A stretch of DNA of 64,000 nt from Fibrobacter succinogenes (GTDB lineage: Bacteria > Fibrobacterota > Fibrobacteria > Fibrobacterales > Fibrobacteraceae). Under the pieces are notes generated by a model, which was not told the DNA's origin, did not search any database, and was given only the letters and a program-made list of their open reading frames with translations. The position numbers were made by a program, and so were the translations under genes. The DNA lies in contig CADCGB010000017.1 of NCBI GenBank assembly GCA_902800815.1, forward strand, positions 46,520-110,519, written 5' to 3'. This document shows positions 1-9,439 of this stretch, piece after piece; the first letter of the stretch is position 1; the number at the start of each line of letters is the position of its first letter.

Positions 1-1
1 T

Positions 2-283
2 TACGCCAAATTCCCTGACAACGACTGGATTGTCCTAATCCTGGAAGAACACCTTAACAGAAATCACCTTTACGAGCTCATCCCCCTTATGTATGCAATC
101 AAGAAAGTCGGTTTCAAGCACATACAGATTGGGCGAAATCTCGGCAACCTTGACACGGCAAGAAGCGTCATGGGAACATACGGCCTGTACGATTTCGAGA
201 AAGACGAGCTTCAAGGTTTGTACGACGAACTCTACCGCCCCATGAACATGAAGATGCCGCGACAAGTACCACAAAAGCGGTAA
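2..283 (+). CDS. 5'-truncated hypothetical protein (C-terminal part)
   Basis: Frame is open from base 2 (YAKFPDNDWIVLILEEHLNRNHLYELIPLMYAIKK...) to TAA at 283; no recognisable motif. Confidence 0.6.
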   Translation, partial: YAKFPDNDWIVLILEEHLNRNHLYELIPLMYAIKKVGFKHIQIGRNLGNLDTARSVMGTYGLYDFEKDELQGLYDELYRPMNMKMPRQVPQKR

Positions 284-317
284 ATCCCGACCGCAGAAAT
301 AAATTATCTTTGACTAT

Positions 318-2903
318 ATGAATTCGAGTACGAGGCCATCTCCGGAACTTCTCCTGCCTGTGGGCACGCGCGAGATGCTGGAGGCAGCCGTAGCAAACGG
401 CGCCGATGCCGTTTATTTCGGGGTTCCGCACTGGAACGCGCGCGGTCGAACGGAAGACTTTTCGTTCGACGATGTCTACGACATGATCCGCTACGCAAGG
501 CTCCGCGGAGTGCGCACGTTCCTCGCGATGAACGTTCTCGTATTCGAGCGAGAACTGCAGGAATTGCCCGAGTTTCTTGAAAAAATCATATCGCTGGAAC
601 CGGACGCCTTCATTATCCAGGACATCGGGCTTGCGCGCCTGATACGCGCCATCGCACCCACGCAGGAGATTCACGCGAGCACGCAGATGACGCTTGCGAG
701 CGCGGAGGCCGTCAACCTGGTCGCGGGAATCGGGTTCAACCGCGCCGTACTCGCACGAGAACTCTCGCTCAAGGAAATCGCACGCATAAAGGAAGCGACC
801 CCGCTAGAACTCGAAGTATTTATACACGGAGCGCTCTGCGTGAGCTATTCGGGACAGTGCCTCACCAGCGAGAACTTTGGCGGCCGGAGCGCGAACCGCG
901 GGCAATGCGCCCAGAGTTGCAGACTCCCCTACCGCATATTCGTGGATGGCAAGGAATTTCGCGATACCGATGCGCAGTTCCTGTTCAGCCCGCACGACTT
1001 GTGCGCCCTCCCGAAGTTAAACGAGCTTGAAGAAATCGGCGTAGATTCGCTAAAGGTAGAAGGCCGCCTCAAGAGCCCGGAATACGTGGCGGCAGTCGCG
1101 AAGGCCTACCGCAAGGCGTTGAACCGCATCCCGCTCGACGGCAAAGACATGGAACCGCTCGAAGTCCTGTTCAGCCGCGGCCTGCGCGCGGGCTGGCTCG
1201 ACGGGGACAACCACCAGGAACTTGTGGACGGTACGTTCAGCAACCATCACGGGCTGTTCCTCGGGACAGTCGCGAAGGTAGAACGCGGGTGTGTCATAGT
1301 GGGGCTAGACGACTCGCTTGTCGATGGTTTGAACCGCGCCGACGATTTCGCTGCAGGTATGGGGCCGCGGCCGGGTGACGGAATCCTGTTTGAAAATGCA
1401 GCCCTCGGCGTAAGCATCGGCAGCCGCCTGTATGCATCGCAGGAGGCGCACCTCCCCCACACCAAGCGCGGCGACCCGAAGTACCTGCGGCTCGAATTCG
1501 GGCGCGACTTCGATACGCGCCAGATTGCCGTCGGCATGAAGGTTTACCGCAACGACTCGCCTGCGCTGGAAAAGGAATTGCGCAAGACGTTTACCGACCG
1601 CGAGCAGGCAAAACGCATCCCCGTGAACATGGAACTTTCGGGGAACATCGGCGGCTTGCTCAAGCTAGCCGTCTACGACGCGCCGCGCAACCGCGTCGAA
1701 GTCGAAAGCGACACGGTGCTGGAAGCCGCGAGAAATAGTGCAGGCGACGGCAATGATGCCGGCAAGAACGGCGCGGGCGATAAACTGCGCGAACTCGCAC
1801 AGAAGGAACTTTCGGGCCTGAGCGCAACCGCCTACAGCCTCAGGAATCTCGAAGTCAATGTTGAACGCGGAGCCTTCATCCCCGGGAAACTCCTGCGGAC
1901 ACTCCGCCAGAAGGCGATAGAACTGCTCGACGCAAAGCGCTGCGAATGGAAGGATCTGAACCCGAGTGCAGTGGCAGGCCGCGCCCTCCTCAACAGCGTA
2001 AAATTTGGCGCGAAAATTGCTCCCAAGACTGCCGCGCGCCCCATCATCTCGGTCCTTGTCCGCAGTCCCGAACAGATTGCCGCCCTCGAGGGCCTCGACA
2101 TCGACAATGTCATCATGGACTTCGACTGGGGCGTGAAATACGACGAATCGCTCCAGCAGATCCGTGAACTCGGTTTCAAGGCGGGTATGGCCACGCTCCG
2201 CATCCACAAGCCGGGCGAAAGCCATTACCTCAAGAACATCCTGCGGCTATGCCCCGACTTTGCGCTGGTGCGCAACCTCGGTGCACTTTCCATCCTCAAG
2301 GAAAGCGGCATTCCGCTCGCGGGCGACTACAGCCTGAACGCCGCAAACTGCTTGAGTTACGACTGGCTCCTGTCACAAGGATTACAGACGCTCCACCCCT
2401 CGTGGGACCTGAACTCCACGCAGCTTTTCGACCTGCTGGACGACATCGACGGCAGCCGCATGGAACTCACGCTCCACCAGTACATGCCCGCATTCCATTC
2501 CGAATACTGCGCGTTTGCCCGCGCGCTCACTACCGGCAGGCGATTCCCCGAATGCGGCAAGATTTGCACCCAGCACAAGGTCGAAATCCTCGACCACAAG
2601 GGAGAGCGACACTTCTTGCAATCCGATGCGGAATGCCGCAACACGCTATTCGTTGGCAAGCCGCAGTCGGCCCTGAAATTGTTGCCGGACTTGCGCACCG
2701 CCGGAGTAAACCACTTCCGCCTCGAAATGCTCCAAGAAGACGCAGCGACCGTACGCAAGAAGGCGCTCATCTACACGCAGGCCATCCGCGGGAAGGTTTC
2801 CATCGACGAAGCCATCCGCCTCGCCGGCGTAGAAGAAAAATACGGCCTTTCCGAAGGACAGCTCTTCAACGAGAGCGTCTGGCAAGACCGCAAAAAAATT
2901 TGA
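318..2903 (+). CDS. Peptidase U32 family protein (RlhA/TrhP-like Fe-S RNA hydroxylase), long form
   Basis: AVANGADAVYFG, IHASTQM, and the CX6CX15CX3C motif (ALCVSYSGQC...RGQCAQSC), plus LKVEGR. Confidence 0.9.
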   Translation: MNSSTRPSPELLLPVGTREMLEAAVANGADAVYFGVPHWNARGRTEDFSFDDVYDMIRYARLRGVRTFLAMNVLVFERELQELPEFLEKIISLEPDAFIIQDIGLARLIRAIAPTQEIHASTQMTLASAEAVNLVAGIGFNRAVLARELSLKEIARIKEATPLELEVFIHGALCVSYSGQCLTSENFGGRSANRGQCAQSCRLPYRIFVDGKEFRDTDAQFLFSPHDLCALPKLNELEEIGVDSLKVEGRLKSPEYVAAVAKAYRKALNRIPLDGKDMEPLEVLFSRGLRAGWLDGDNHQELVDGTFSNHHGLFLGTVAKVERGCVIVGLDDSLVDGLNRADDFAAGMGPRPGDGILFENAALGVSIGSRLYASQEAHLPHTKRGDPKYLRLEFGRDFDTRQIAVGMKVYRNDSPALEKELRKTFTDREQAKRIPVNMELSGNIGGLLKLAVYDAPRNRVEVESDTVLEAARNSAGDGNDAGKNGAGDKLRELAQKELSGLSATAYSLRNLEVNVERGAFIPGKLLRTLRQKAIELLDAKRCEWKDLNPSAVAGRALLNSVKFGAKIAPKTAARPIISVLVRSPEQIAALEGLDIDNVIMDFDWGVKYDESLQQIRELGFKAGMATLRIHKPGESHYLKNILRLCPDFALVRNLGALSILKESGIPLAGDYSLNAANCLSYDWLLSQGLQTLHPSWDLNSTQLFDLLDDIDGSRMELTLHQYMPAFHSEYCAFARALTTGRRFPECGKICTQHKVEILDHKGERHFLQSDAECRNTLFVGKPQSALKLLPDLRTAGVNHFRLEMLQEDAATVRKKALIYTQAIRGKVSIDEAIRLAGVEEKYGLSEGQLFNESVWQDRKKI

Positions 2904-2940
2904 CGCCGGCAAATAAGCCGACGCCATAAAAGCTCTATAA

Positions 2941-3756
2941 TTACGAGCCGCAATAATTCCTATAGATTTCGTCCTTAGAGTAATCCTCAAACGAATGATC
3001 CTCAATAAGCAGGAATTTACCGTCGCATGAGTATTCTGCAGTCGGATCCGTGGCAAGAAATTCCAGCGTCTTTTGACAGAGTTCTTCATCAGTCTGTTCC
3101 GACTTCGTTATCATAACGGCCTTGCCGGTGTCCCACTTGACAGTCATCTCGCCGCCACCTTCACCGTTCTGAATGACCCAGGTGTCGTCGGACTTCTTGA
3201 AGTTGCAGGTATAGTCGCCATCGCCGCCATTGCCCGGTCCAACGTCACCATCGCCGTCTGTAGAGCCTTCACCATCGCCGTCTGTAGAGCCTTCACCATC
3301 GTCATCTGTACCGGCTTCGTCATCATCATCCGAGGGCTTTGTATCCTTGCCCCACGATGCCGGTTCTGGGCAAGCCTTCGTCGCGGCTCCGGCATATTCC
3401 TGGAATTCCTCTGTGGTCACGGTTACTTTAGATTTAACCGTATAAACGTTATCTTTACAAGTCATTTCAGCATCTTCATCGTCAACTTCATTCGGTACAG
3501 GACCAGCACATACATCAGGATGTCCAGAACCATATTCGTAACGCGTAGTCATCGTGCCATCTTCGTTATGGGTATATGTCATCGTAACCGAGTAGGGTCC
3601 GGCATTCTGCTTGACAACGACCTTCTTAGCCGTAATGTCGCAGGTATAGAGTTCGTCATCACCTCCAGCACTTGTTCCGCTATCATCGTCGCCACAGGCG
3701 GTCAGGCAGGCCATAGCGGTCAGGGCGAGGGCACTGGTCCAAAGCAATTTTTTCAT
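2941..3756 (-). CDS. Acidic lipoprotein with two Cys-containing domains and a Gly/Asp linker
   Basis: Signal peptide with lipobox LTAC followed by GDDD; internal DGEGSTDG repeats. Confidence 0.8.
   Translation of the reverse strand: MKKLLWTSALALTAMACLTACGDDDSGTSAGGDDELYTCDITAKKVVVKQNAGPYSVTMTYTHNEDGTMTTRYEYGSGHPDVCAGPVPNEVDDEDAEMTCKDNVYTVKSKVTVTTEEFQEYAGAATKACPEPASWGKDTKPSDDDDEAGTDDDGEGSTDGDGEGSTDGDGDVGPGNGGDGDYTCNFKKSDDTWVIQNGEGGGEMTVKWDTGKAVMITKSEQTDEELCQKTLEFLATDPTAEYSCDGKFLLIEDHSFEDYSKDEIYRNYCGS
3245..3310. repeat. 24-bp tandem repeat (2.75 copies) encoding the lipoprotein linker
   Basis: tcaccatcgccgtctgtagagcct x2 followed by tcaccatcgtcatctgta. Confidence 0.9.
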
Positions 3757-3927
3757 GTGTACTCCTTGTTTTTGCGTTTAAGAAGAATATAACCAAAAAA
3801 GAAGAAGCATGCACAAATTTTCACAACATACTTCACTTTTCGTGCAAAAATTTGTCTTTTATCACGTTGCAAACCGCTTTTTTCTATATTTAGCCTACTT
3901 TTTTACCCCCTCACACAAAGGAACATC

Positions 3928-4533
3928 ATGAAAATCGCCGATAAGACCGTCGTCCAGATGCACTACACCCTCACCTCCGACGAAGGAGCCGTCATCGATT
4001 CCTCCGAAGGCCGCGAACCGCTCCAGTACATTCAGGGCGCCCACATGATCGTCGTGGGGCTCGAGAACGCGATGGTCGGCCACGAAGTCGGCGACAAGTT
4101 CGACGTGAAGGTCATCCCCGCCGAAGGTTATGGCGAGTACGACGAACGCATGACTCAGGAAGTCCCGGTCGACGTGTTCCAGGGTGTCGACAAGGTGGAA
4201 CCCGGCATGATGTTCTATGCGCAGACGCCCATGGGCCCGATGCCCATCCGCGTCAAGTCCGTCGCGGGCGACAAGGCCGTGATCGACGCGAACCACGAAC
4301 TCGCGGGCAAGAACCTGAATTTCGCCATCGAGGTCGTGAGCGTGCGCGAGGCTACCGAAGAAGAACTGAACCCGCAGGGCCACTGCTGCTGTGGCGGCAA
4401 CGGCGATGGCGAATGCAAGTGTGGTGAAGATGGCCACGAATGCGAATGCGGTGGCGAAGGCAAGAAGGAAAACTGCGACGGCCAGGGTGGCTGCGGCTGC
4501 CCCAACCACGACAAGCACCACGGCAACGGGTAG
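3928..4533 (+). CDS. slyD: FKBP-type peptidyl-prolyl isomerase SlyD with Cys/His metal-binding tail
   Basis: VVQMHYTL..., IDANHELAGKNLNFAIEVVSVREATEEE, then a C-terminal tail with 10 Cys and several His. Confidence 0.92.
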   Translation: MKIADKTVVQMHYTLTSDEGAVIDSSEGREPLQYIQGAHMIVVGLENAMVGHEVGDKFDVKVIPAEGYGEYDERMTQEVPVDVFQGVDKVEPGMMFYAQTPMGPMPIRVKSVAGDKAVIDANHELAGKNLNFAIEVVSVREATEEELNPQGHCCCGGNGDGECKCGEDGHECECGGEGKKENCDGQGGCGCPNHDKHHGNG

Positions 4534-4613
4534 TTTAACGCAAAAATAACCCTCCGAATACTTTTTTCGGAATTTTTAGTTATTTTATAGGAACAACAAG
4601 AAGGGAGATACCC

Positions 4614-5378
4614 ATGAAGAAATTCGCTCTTATCGTCGGAGTCCTAGCCACGACCACCCTCCTTATCGGGTGCGCCAAGAAAATGATGCTGGACGACCCC
4701 ACCCTCTACGACCAGTACCTCACCCGCAGTTACAACCAGCCTGCCGGGAAATGCTTCTACGCCGTTCAGGTCGCCTTTGCAGAGAGGGGCGTCGATCTCA
4801 CCAAGGTCGATACGGATAGGGGCCGAATCGTTACGGACAGGCACGTGATTGCCTATTACGCGGTACCCGGAGAAGTCGGTTCCCTGTCGGACCGTTACTA
4901 CATCGACGTTTCGGGCGACAAGAAAAAATGCACCATCAAGGTTTCCAAGTACAAGGCCTGGAGAGGCAACAACGAAATGACGTGGGTCAAGCCCGACGAA
5001 GTTTACGCCCAGATCTGGGAACCCCTGTTCAGGAGCTTCGAGGGTCACCTCAATGACGACGAAGAAGACGAGCTCGCCGACAAGCGCAGTGCCGGAAGCA
5101 TCGACGATGTCGTGAAAAGGCGCACTCCGGACCTTAAGAAAATCTACAACAAGTACAAGGAAAACAAGCCCGGATTTGGTGGCAAGGTCACCCTGAAGTT
5201 TACCATTGACTCTAACGGCGATGTCGCTGACATATCCGTCGAATCCTCTACCACGAACGACAGCACCTTCGATGAAGTCATCAAGATGGCCGTGAACACG
5301 TGGAACTTCGGAAGGATCGCGAAGGGTCACAACACGACAGTGACGATTCCGTTCACTTTCTCGACTGACGAAGAATAA
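4614..5378 (+). CDS. Lipoprotein with C-terminal TonB-C/AgmX-PglI-like domain
   Basis: Lipobox LIGC; C-terminus GKVTLKFTIDSNGDV...NTWNF...TTVTIPFTF. Confidence 0.75.
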   Translation: MKKFALIVGVLATTTLLIGCAKKMMLDDPTLYDQYLTRSYNQPAGKCFYAVQVAFAERGVDLTKVDTDRGRIVTDRHVIAYYAVPGEVGSLSDRYYIDVSGDKKKCTIKVSKYKAWRGNNEMTWVKPDEVYAQIWEPLFRSFEGHLNDDEEDELADKRSAGSIDDVVKRRTPDLKKIYNKYKENKPGFGGKVTLKFTIDSNGDVADISVESSTTNDSTFDEVIKMAVNTWNFGRIAKGHNTTVTIPFTFSTDEE

Positions 5379-5385
5379 GTTCTGC

Positions 5386-6348
5386 CTAGAAGCAGAAGCC
5401 TACAACAATACCAGCGGTTCCGATGACGGACAAGGCTATGCCTATGCCTAGTTTTGTGCCATCGCTTTTATCGACTGTTTTCTCTTCAAATGTGTCGTAG
5501 TCATACTCGGTCGTGGTATCGGCGCTCCCCATAACAGCCAGAACTATTCCCGTCGTCAGCAATACGCTGCCGCCAGCAATCAGCCCCCAACGGAGCCAAG
5601 CCGTATTTTGAGCGCTTTTCACAGACGGGACTTCGTTAATGGGCTTGTTCGAGCGGGGCAAGTCTTCGTCATCGTCGTCAAACTGCACATCCTTTGCGCG
5701 AGCGACTTTTACTTTGTCCGCATCCTCATTTGCGGCAGGACCCTGGCTACCATCGCCTATACCGCCGGCACCATGCACGCGGCGTCCGCCATTCCGGGAA
5801 CCCTTTGGAGCCTCGCCGATACCACCGGAACCAGAATCGCCTATTCCGCCAGAGCCAGCAGCCTTGTCGGCATTTTTCACCTTGCCGAAGAACTCAGGAG
5901 CGTTTTCCTTGATGACTTTCAGGAGCGCTTCCACGTTCGCGCCCTGCCCGTTGAAACTCGCCACGAGCTTGTTGCCCGCTGTCTCGTAGATTTCCGCAGA
6001 GAGCGTGAGTTTTGAACCGAAACTGCCCACGCGCGCCTGGCACACGTAGTCGGCAGAAATGTTCTTGCCCGTCTCCGCAAGGCAACTGCCCTCGCATTCA
6101 TCGATAGTTTTGCCCGGCGGGAGCATCGCGCTGATGTTCTCGCGCGTCATGATGGTGTAGTCTTCATCGGGCGGGAGCAGGTTGACCGCCTCCTCGCGCA
6201 ACACGTTCGTGAGGTACTGTCGGTCAGAAAGTTTCACCTTCTTTTTAACGGACTGATCTACGCCCGTTTCAAGAACTGCGACATATGCTGCAAATGCACC
6301 CGAAGTGCAAGCCAGGAGGAGAATAATCGTCATCAAGAACCTTTTCAT
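5386..6348 (-). CDS. Secreted/membrane hypothetical protein with two C-terminal hydrophobic helices
   Basis: N-terminal signal peptide, CEGSC motif, GGIG repeats, two C-terminal hydrophobic segments; start set to the ATG at 6348. Confidence 0.75.
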   Translation of the reverse strand: MKRFLMTIILLLACTSGAFAAYVAVLETGVDQSVKKKVKLSDRQYLTNVLREEAVNLLPPDEDYTIMTRENISAMLPPGKTIDECEGSCLAETGKNISADYVCQARVGSFGSKLTLSAEIYETAGNKLVASFNGQGANVEALLKVIKENAPEFFGKVKNADKAAGSGGIGDSGSGGIGEAPKGSRNGGRRVHGAGGIGDGSQGPAANEDADKVKVARAKDVQFDDDDEDLPRSNKPINEVPSVKSAQNTAWLRWGLIAGGSVLLTTGIVLAVMGSADTTTEYDYDTFEEKTVDKSDGTKLGIGIALSVIGTAGIVVGFCF

Positions 6349-6363
6349 AGACACACCTTCATA

Positions 6364-7245
6364 TCAAAGTACGGACGGTTTATTTGAAATATAATCTTTT
6401 ACGCATCGGACTACAGCCCCCGTTTCCGTTGTAGCGTCACTCAAGAAAGCATCGTCGAGACTGTTCCACAGACGCATATAGTAAGCATCGCCCTCTCCGG
6501 ATTTTGTCGATGTCCAAAAAATCGTGACATCGGCCCTGTCATGATAACTCCCACTATAGCTTCTGGGGCCAACAGGCAACGCCGAGAACCCGTAGGCATC
6601 CGTACCATTGCCACTTATTTCTAGATCGCTATCCCAACCATTGGAGGCCTTGAGGATTTTTCCCGCCGTAGCGAAACCGCCAACCGCCGAAAAAAGTATT
6701 TCCCATTCCGTTGAATCCGGAAAATGCCAACCCTCGGGGCAAACTCCGCGCACAGGGTACGTCGGGAAACATTCTTCGCCGCTACCGCAGCCCATCCCGT
6801 TTGTACTCCATACGCCCGCACTGTCCATAGCAGCACTCCATAGGTATAACCGACCATACTTGGTGCAGGATTCAGCGGAATCGTTGTGACAAAAACTCGA
6901 TGAATCTAATTCATCTGTCGGCTGCAGGTAGGCATAGTTCAAGTTTTCCGCCATCCAGGTCTGCGTGCCAATGGTGACAGTCTTGTAGGTTTGTCCATCA
7001 CGTTCATCTGTCATGGTTCCTTTTACAACTGTCGAAGGGTCAACATAGTCCGCGAGAACACTGCTGCTGGATTCACTTGTCTCGCTAGAACTCGACTGCG
7101 GCAAGTCACTTGAAGATGACGACGAAACGCTAGAAGAAGATGCCTTTGCATTCGGACGGGTTGCAAAATCGCTGTCATCGTCACTGCAGGCAACGAACAA
7201 AGCCAATGTCGCCGATACGGCCAAATATTTCATCCAGAAGCGCAT
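6364..7245 (-). CDS. Fibrobacter succinogenes major paralogous domain (Fib_succ_major) lipoprotein
   Basis: Lipobox FVAC, Ser-rich linker, DERDGQTYKTVTIGTQTWMAENLNY, YGRLYLWSAAMD, GVCPEGWH, VRCVKD; GGAGGAG RBS before ATG 7245. Confidence 0.92.
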   Translation of the reverse strand: MRFWMKYLAVSATLALFVACSDDDSDFATRPNAKASSSSVSSSSSSDLPQSSSSETSESSSSVLADYVDPSTVVKGTMTDERDGQTYKTVTIGTQTWMAENLNYAYLQPTDELDSSSFCHNDSAESCTKYGRLYLWSAAMDSAGVWSTNGMGCGSGEECFPTYPVRGVCPEGWHFPDSTEWEILFSAVGGFATAGKILKASNGWDSDLEISGNGTDAYGFSALPVGPRSYSGSYHDRADVTIFWTSTKSGEGDAYYMRLWNSLDDAFLSDATTETGAVVRCVKDYISNKPSVL

Positions 7246-7308
7246 TTTCTCCTCCACGAGGCGAATTTCCTCTTAAACATATAATTTTATTCGAGTTTTT
7301 TTACCCTC

Positions 7309-7520
7309 GGGGCATATAAACCGGAGTTATTTTCGCAATTTATATGCCCCTCTAAGCCACAATTCAGCACATAGGCTCGCATACAACGTAACAAAGGGCG
7401 TATAAACCGAAGCAAAGAGTCCCTTTTATATGCCCCTATCCTGAAAATCAGATATTTTTTCACACGCAAAACAACAAAAGGGCATATAAACCCGGAGAAA
7501 TGCCGCAATTTATATGCCCC
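7309..7520. repeat. Three ~41-bp imperfect palindromic units (GGGCATATAAA-N18-TTTATATGCCC) at 84-86 bp period
   Basis: Units at 7309-7350, 7396-7435 and 7480-7519; each loop is 18 nt. Confidence 0.85.
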
Positions 7521-7558
7521 CTCGGCAAAATTCGGGTTTATCGCTGGCGAAAAGGGGT

Positions 7559-8326
7559 TTACCGCAGGCAAAAACGGCGCCAGGTCTGGCGCAACACGCG
7601 CAGGCCGTAGGTCACAACGTTCAGGTTCGACTTTTCGCCGGCATAGCGCGTGGGTATGGGGAGTTCGGCCAGCCAGCAACCGCGGGCGTCGGCGATGGAG
7701 ATGATTTCCAGGTCGATATCGAAACTCGGGCTCAGTTTCTGGAGGTCGAGCGTCTTCAGGAATTCCGCGTTGTAGACAATGAAACCGCTGTGGCGGTCCG
7801 TAAGTTTCTGCCGGAAGGCGACGTTCTCGAGCGCGGTAAGGAATGCGCCACCGAGGCGCTTGTAGAGAGGCATGTTGCCGGCTTTCGCGCCACCTGCGAT
7901 GGCATGGCGGGAGCCTTGAACGAGGGCTATTTCGGACTGGTTGCTTGCCTCGGGCTGATTGCGCGCGGACTCGAGGTACGCAAAGAATTCGCCGAGTTGC
8001 TCGGCGGGGTACTGCCCGTCGCCGTGAAGGCAGGCGATGTATTTCGCGCCACAGCGGAGCCCCTCGGAAATACCTTTCTTGACCACAGCGCCGTAACCGC
8101 GATTAAACTCGAAACGCATGTACTCTAGATGGGCGGCATATTTCGTGTTAGAAACTGCGCCGACAAACGTTTCGTAGGCCCCGCGGGTGTCGTCCTTCGA
8201 GCCGTCGTCTATCACGAGCACTTCCGCACGTTCCATGACTGCGGAAGGAATGCGCTCCAGCACATCGGCAAGAGTCCGCGATACGTTATAGGCCGGGATG
8301 AATATGAAATAGTCGGGAATCATCAA
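7559..8326 (-). CDS. Glycosyltransferase family 2 (polyprenol-phosphate glycosyltransferase, DPM/ArnC-like)
   Basis: IFIPAYNV, VIDDGSKD, NRGYGA, LHGDGQY, VQGSR, IPTRYAGEKS. Confidence 0.88.
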   Translation of the reverse strand: MMIPDYFIFIPAYNVSRTLADVLERIPSAVMERAEVLVIDDGSKDDTRGAYETFVGAVSNTKYAAHLEYMRFEFNRGYGAVVKKGISEGLRCGAKYIACLHGDGQYPAEQLGEFFAYLESARNQPEASNQSEIALVQGSRHAIAGGAKAGNMPLYKRLGGAFLTALENVAFRQKLTDRHSGFIVYNAEFLKTLDLQKLSPSFDIDLEIISIADARGCWLAELPIPTRYAGEKSNLNVVTYGLRVLRQTWRRFCLR

Positions 8327-8332
8327 AAGAAC

Positions 8333-9439
8333 TCAGGATGATGCGCCGGTATCATAGTGTCCGACGAACCAGGAGAGCGATTCCTCGAGAGCGACATCGA
8401 GCGGGATGCGCGCCTTGAACCCGAGCAATCTTTCTGCTTTCGCAACCGAGGGCATGCGGCGCATTGAATCGTCGTAACCTACGCCGTAGTATTCCTCGCC
8501 CGAAACGATTTGCGGTTCCGGCAACGTAGAGACATCGACCCCGCGGACCTTCGCGAAAATCGTGCGCATCTTGCCAGCAAGTTCCGCAATCGAGACCTCG
8601 TTCTCCTGATTCCCGACGTTGAACGCCTGAGAGAAAACACCCGGCGCCGTTTTAGACCCGATGTTAACCGCAGTCTCGGAACCGGCATCCGGCAGCCCAC
8701 TCCCTGCGGCGAATAGCGCGAACAAAAAGTCTACTGCATCGTGTACGCTGGTAAAGCAACGTTTCGCCTTCCCGCCGTTCACAAGCTTCAAGGGTTCGCC
8801 CCGCAAGAGCGCCGTCGAGAAGTTCGCGAGCACCCGCGGGATTCCCTCGCCGTCCACTCCAGGCATAAAGTCCATGTACGGCCCGACAAAATTGAACGGG
8901 CGGACAACCGTCCACTTGAGCCCAGGGAGCCCCGCAATAAATCGTTCCGCCAGGAGTTTCGCCGTCGCATAACTCCAGCGACTCGCGGCAACCGGCCCGA
9001 ACACGGCGGGCGTCTCGTCTTCAATCAGTTCACCGGAATCCGGCAACGTACGTCCGTAAATCTCGGAAGTCGAAAAATGTACGAGCCAGGAGCCCGAGCG
9101 GGCACAAGCCGTGGCCAAAGTAGCCGGATGGTCGTAGTTGCTACGGATGACCTCGCACGCCTCCCCCATATATCGGCTCGGCGTACAAATAGCTGCCAAG
9201 TTCACCACCAGCGGGAACTGCGCGATGCGCTCCACGACAGCAGGGTCGGCCAAATCCGCACACAGGAACTCGCACCGTTCATGGTTCAGGCGGTGCTGCA
9301 GCCTGTAGAAATCGAGATCAACGCCAAAAACACGCCAGCGGGTACGTTCCAGCACGGCGTCGAGCAGATGGCTACCGATAAAACCACCGCAGCCCACGAT
9401 GGCTACGGTGATGCTACTGTCGTCGAAACGGAGGTTCAT
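8333..9439 (-). CDS. NAD-dependent SDR decarboxylase, UDP-apiose/UDP-xylose synthase-like
   Basis: GCGGFIGSH, NLAAICTP, HFSTSEIYG, RWSYATAK, RPFNFVGPYMDFMPGVDGEGIPRVLANF, YYGVGYDDS. Confidence 0.8.
   Translation of the reverse strand: MNLRFDDSSITVAIVGCGGFIGSHLLDAVLERTRWRVFGVDLDFYRLQHRLNHERCEFLCADLADPAVVERIAQFPLVVNLAAICTPSRYMGEACEVIRSNYDHPATLATACARSGSWLVHFSTSEIYGRTLPDSGELIEDETPAVFGPVAASRWSYATAKLLAERFIAGLPGLKWTVVRPFNFVGPYMDFMPGVDGEGIPRVLANFSTALLRGEPLKLVNGGKAKRCFTSVHDAVDFLFALFAAGSGLPDAGSETAVNIGSKTAPGVFSQAFNVGNQENEVSIAELAGKMRTIFAKVRGVDVSTLPEPQIVSGEEYYGVGYDDSMRRMPSVAKAERLLGFKARIPLDVALEESLSWFVGHYDTGASS

Noticed and set aside
7309-7520. CRISPR array
   Set aside because: Only three units, the inner 18 nt vary, no leader is evident and there are no cas genes in the window; kept as an unexplained repeat array
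7287-7679. 130-aa ORF across the palindrome array
   Set aside because: Overlaps the GT2 3' end, has no RBS or motif, and is explained by the repeats
8333-9439. ArnA/ArnC lipid A aminoarabinose pathway
   Set aside because: No formyltransferase domain, no arnB or arnT nearby, and motifs fit AXS better; not fully excluded without an assay
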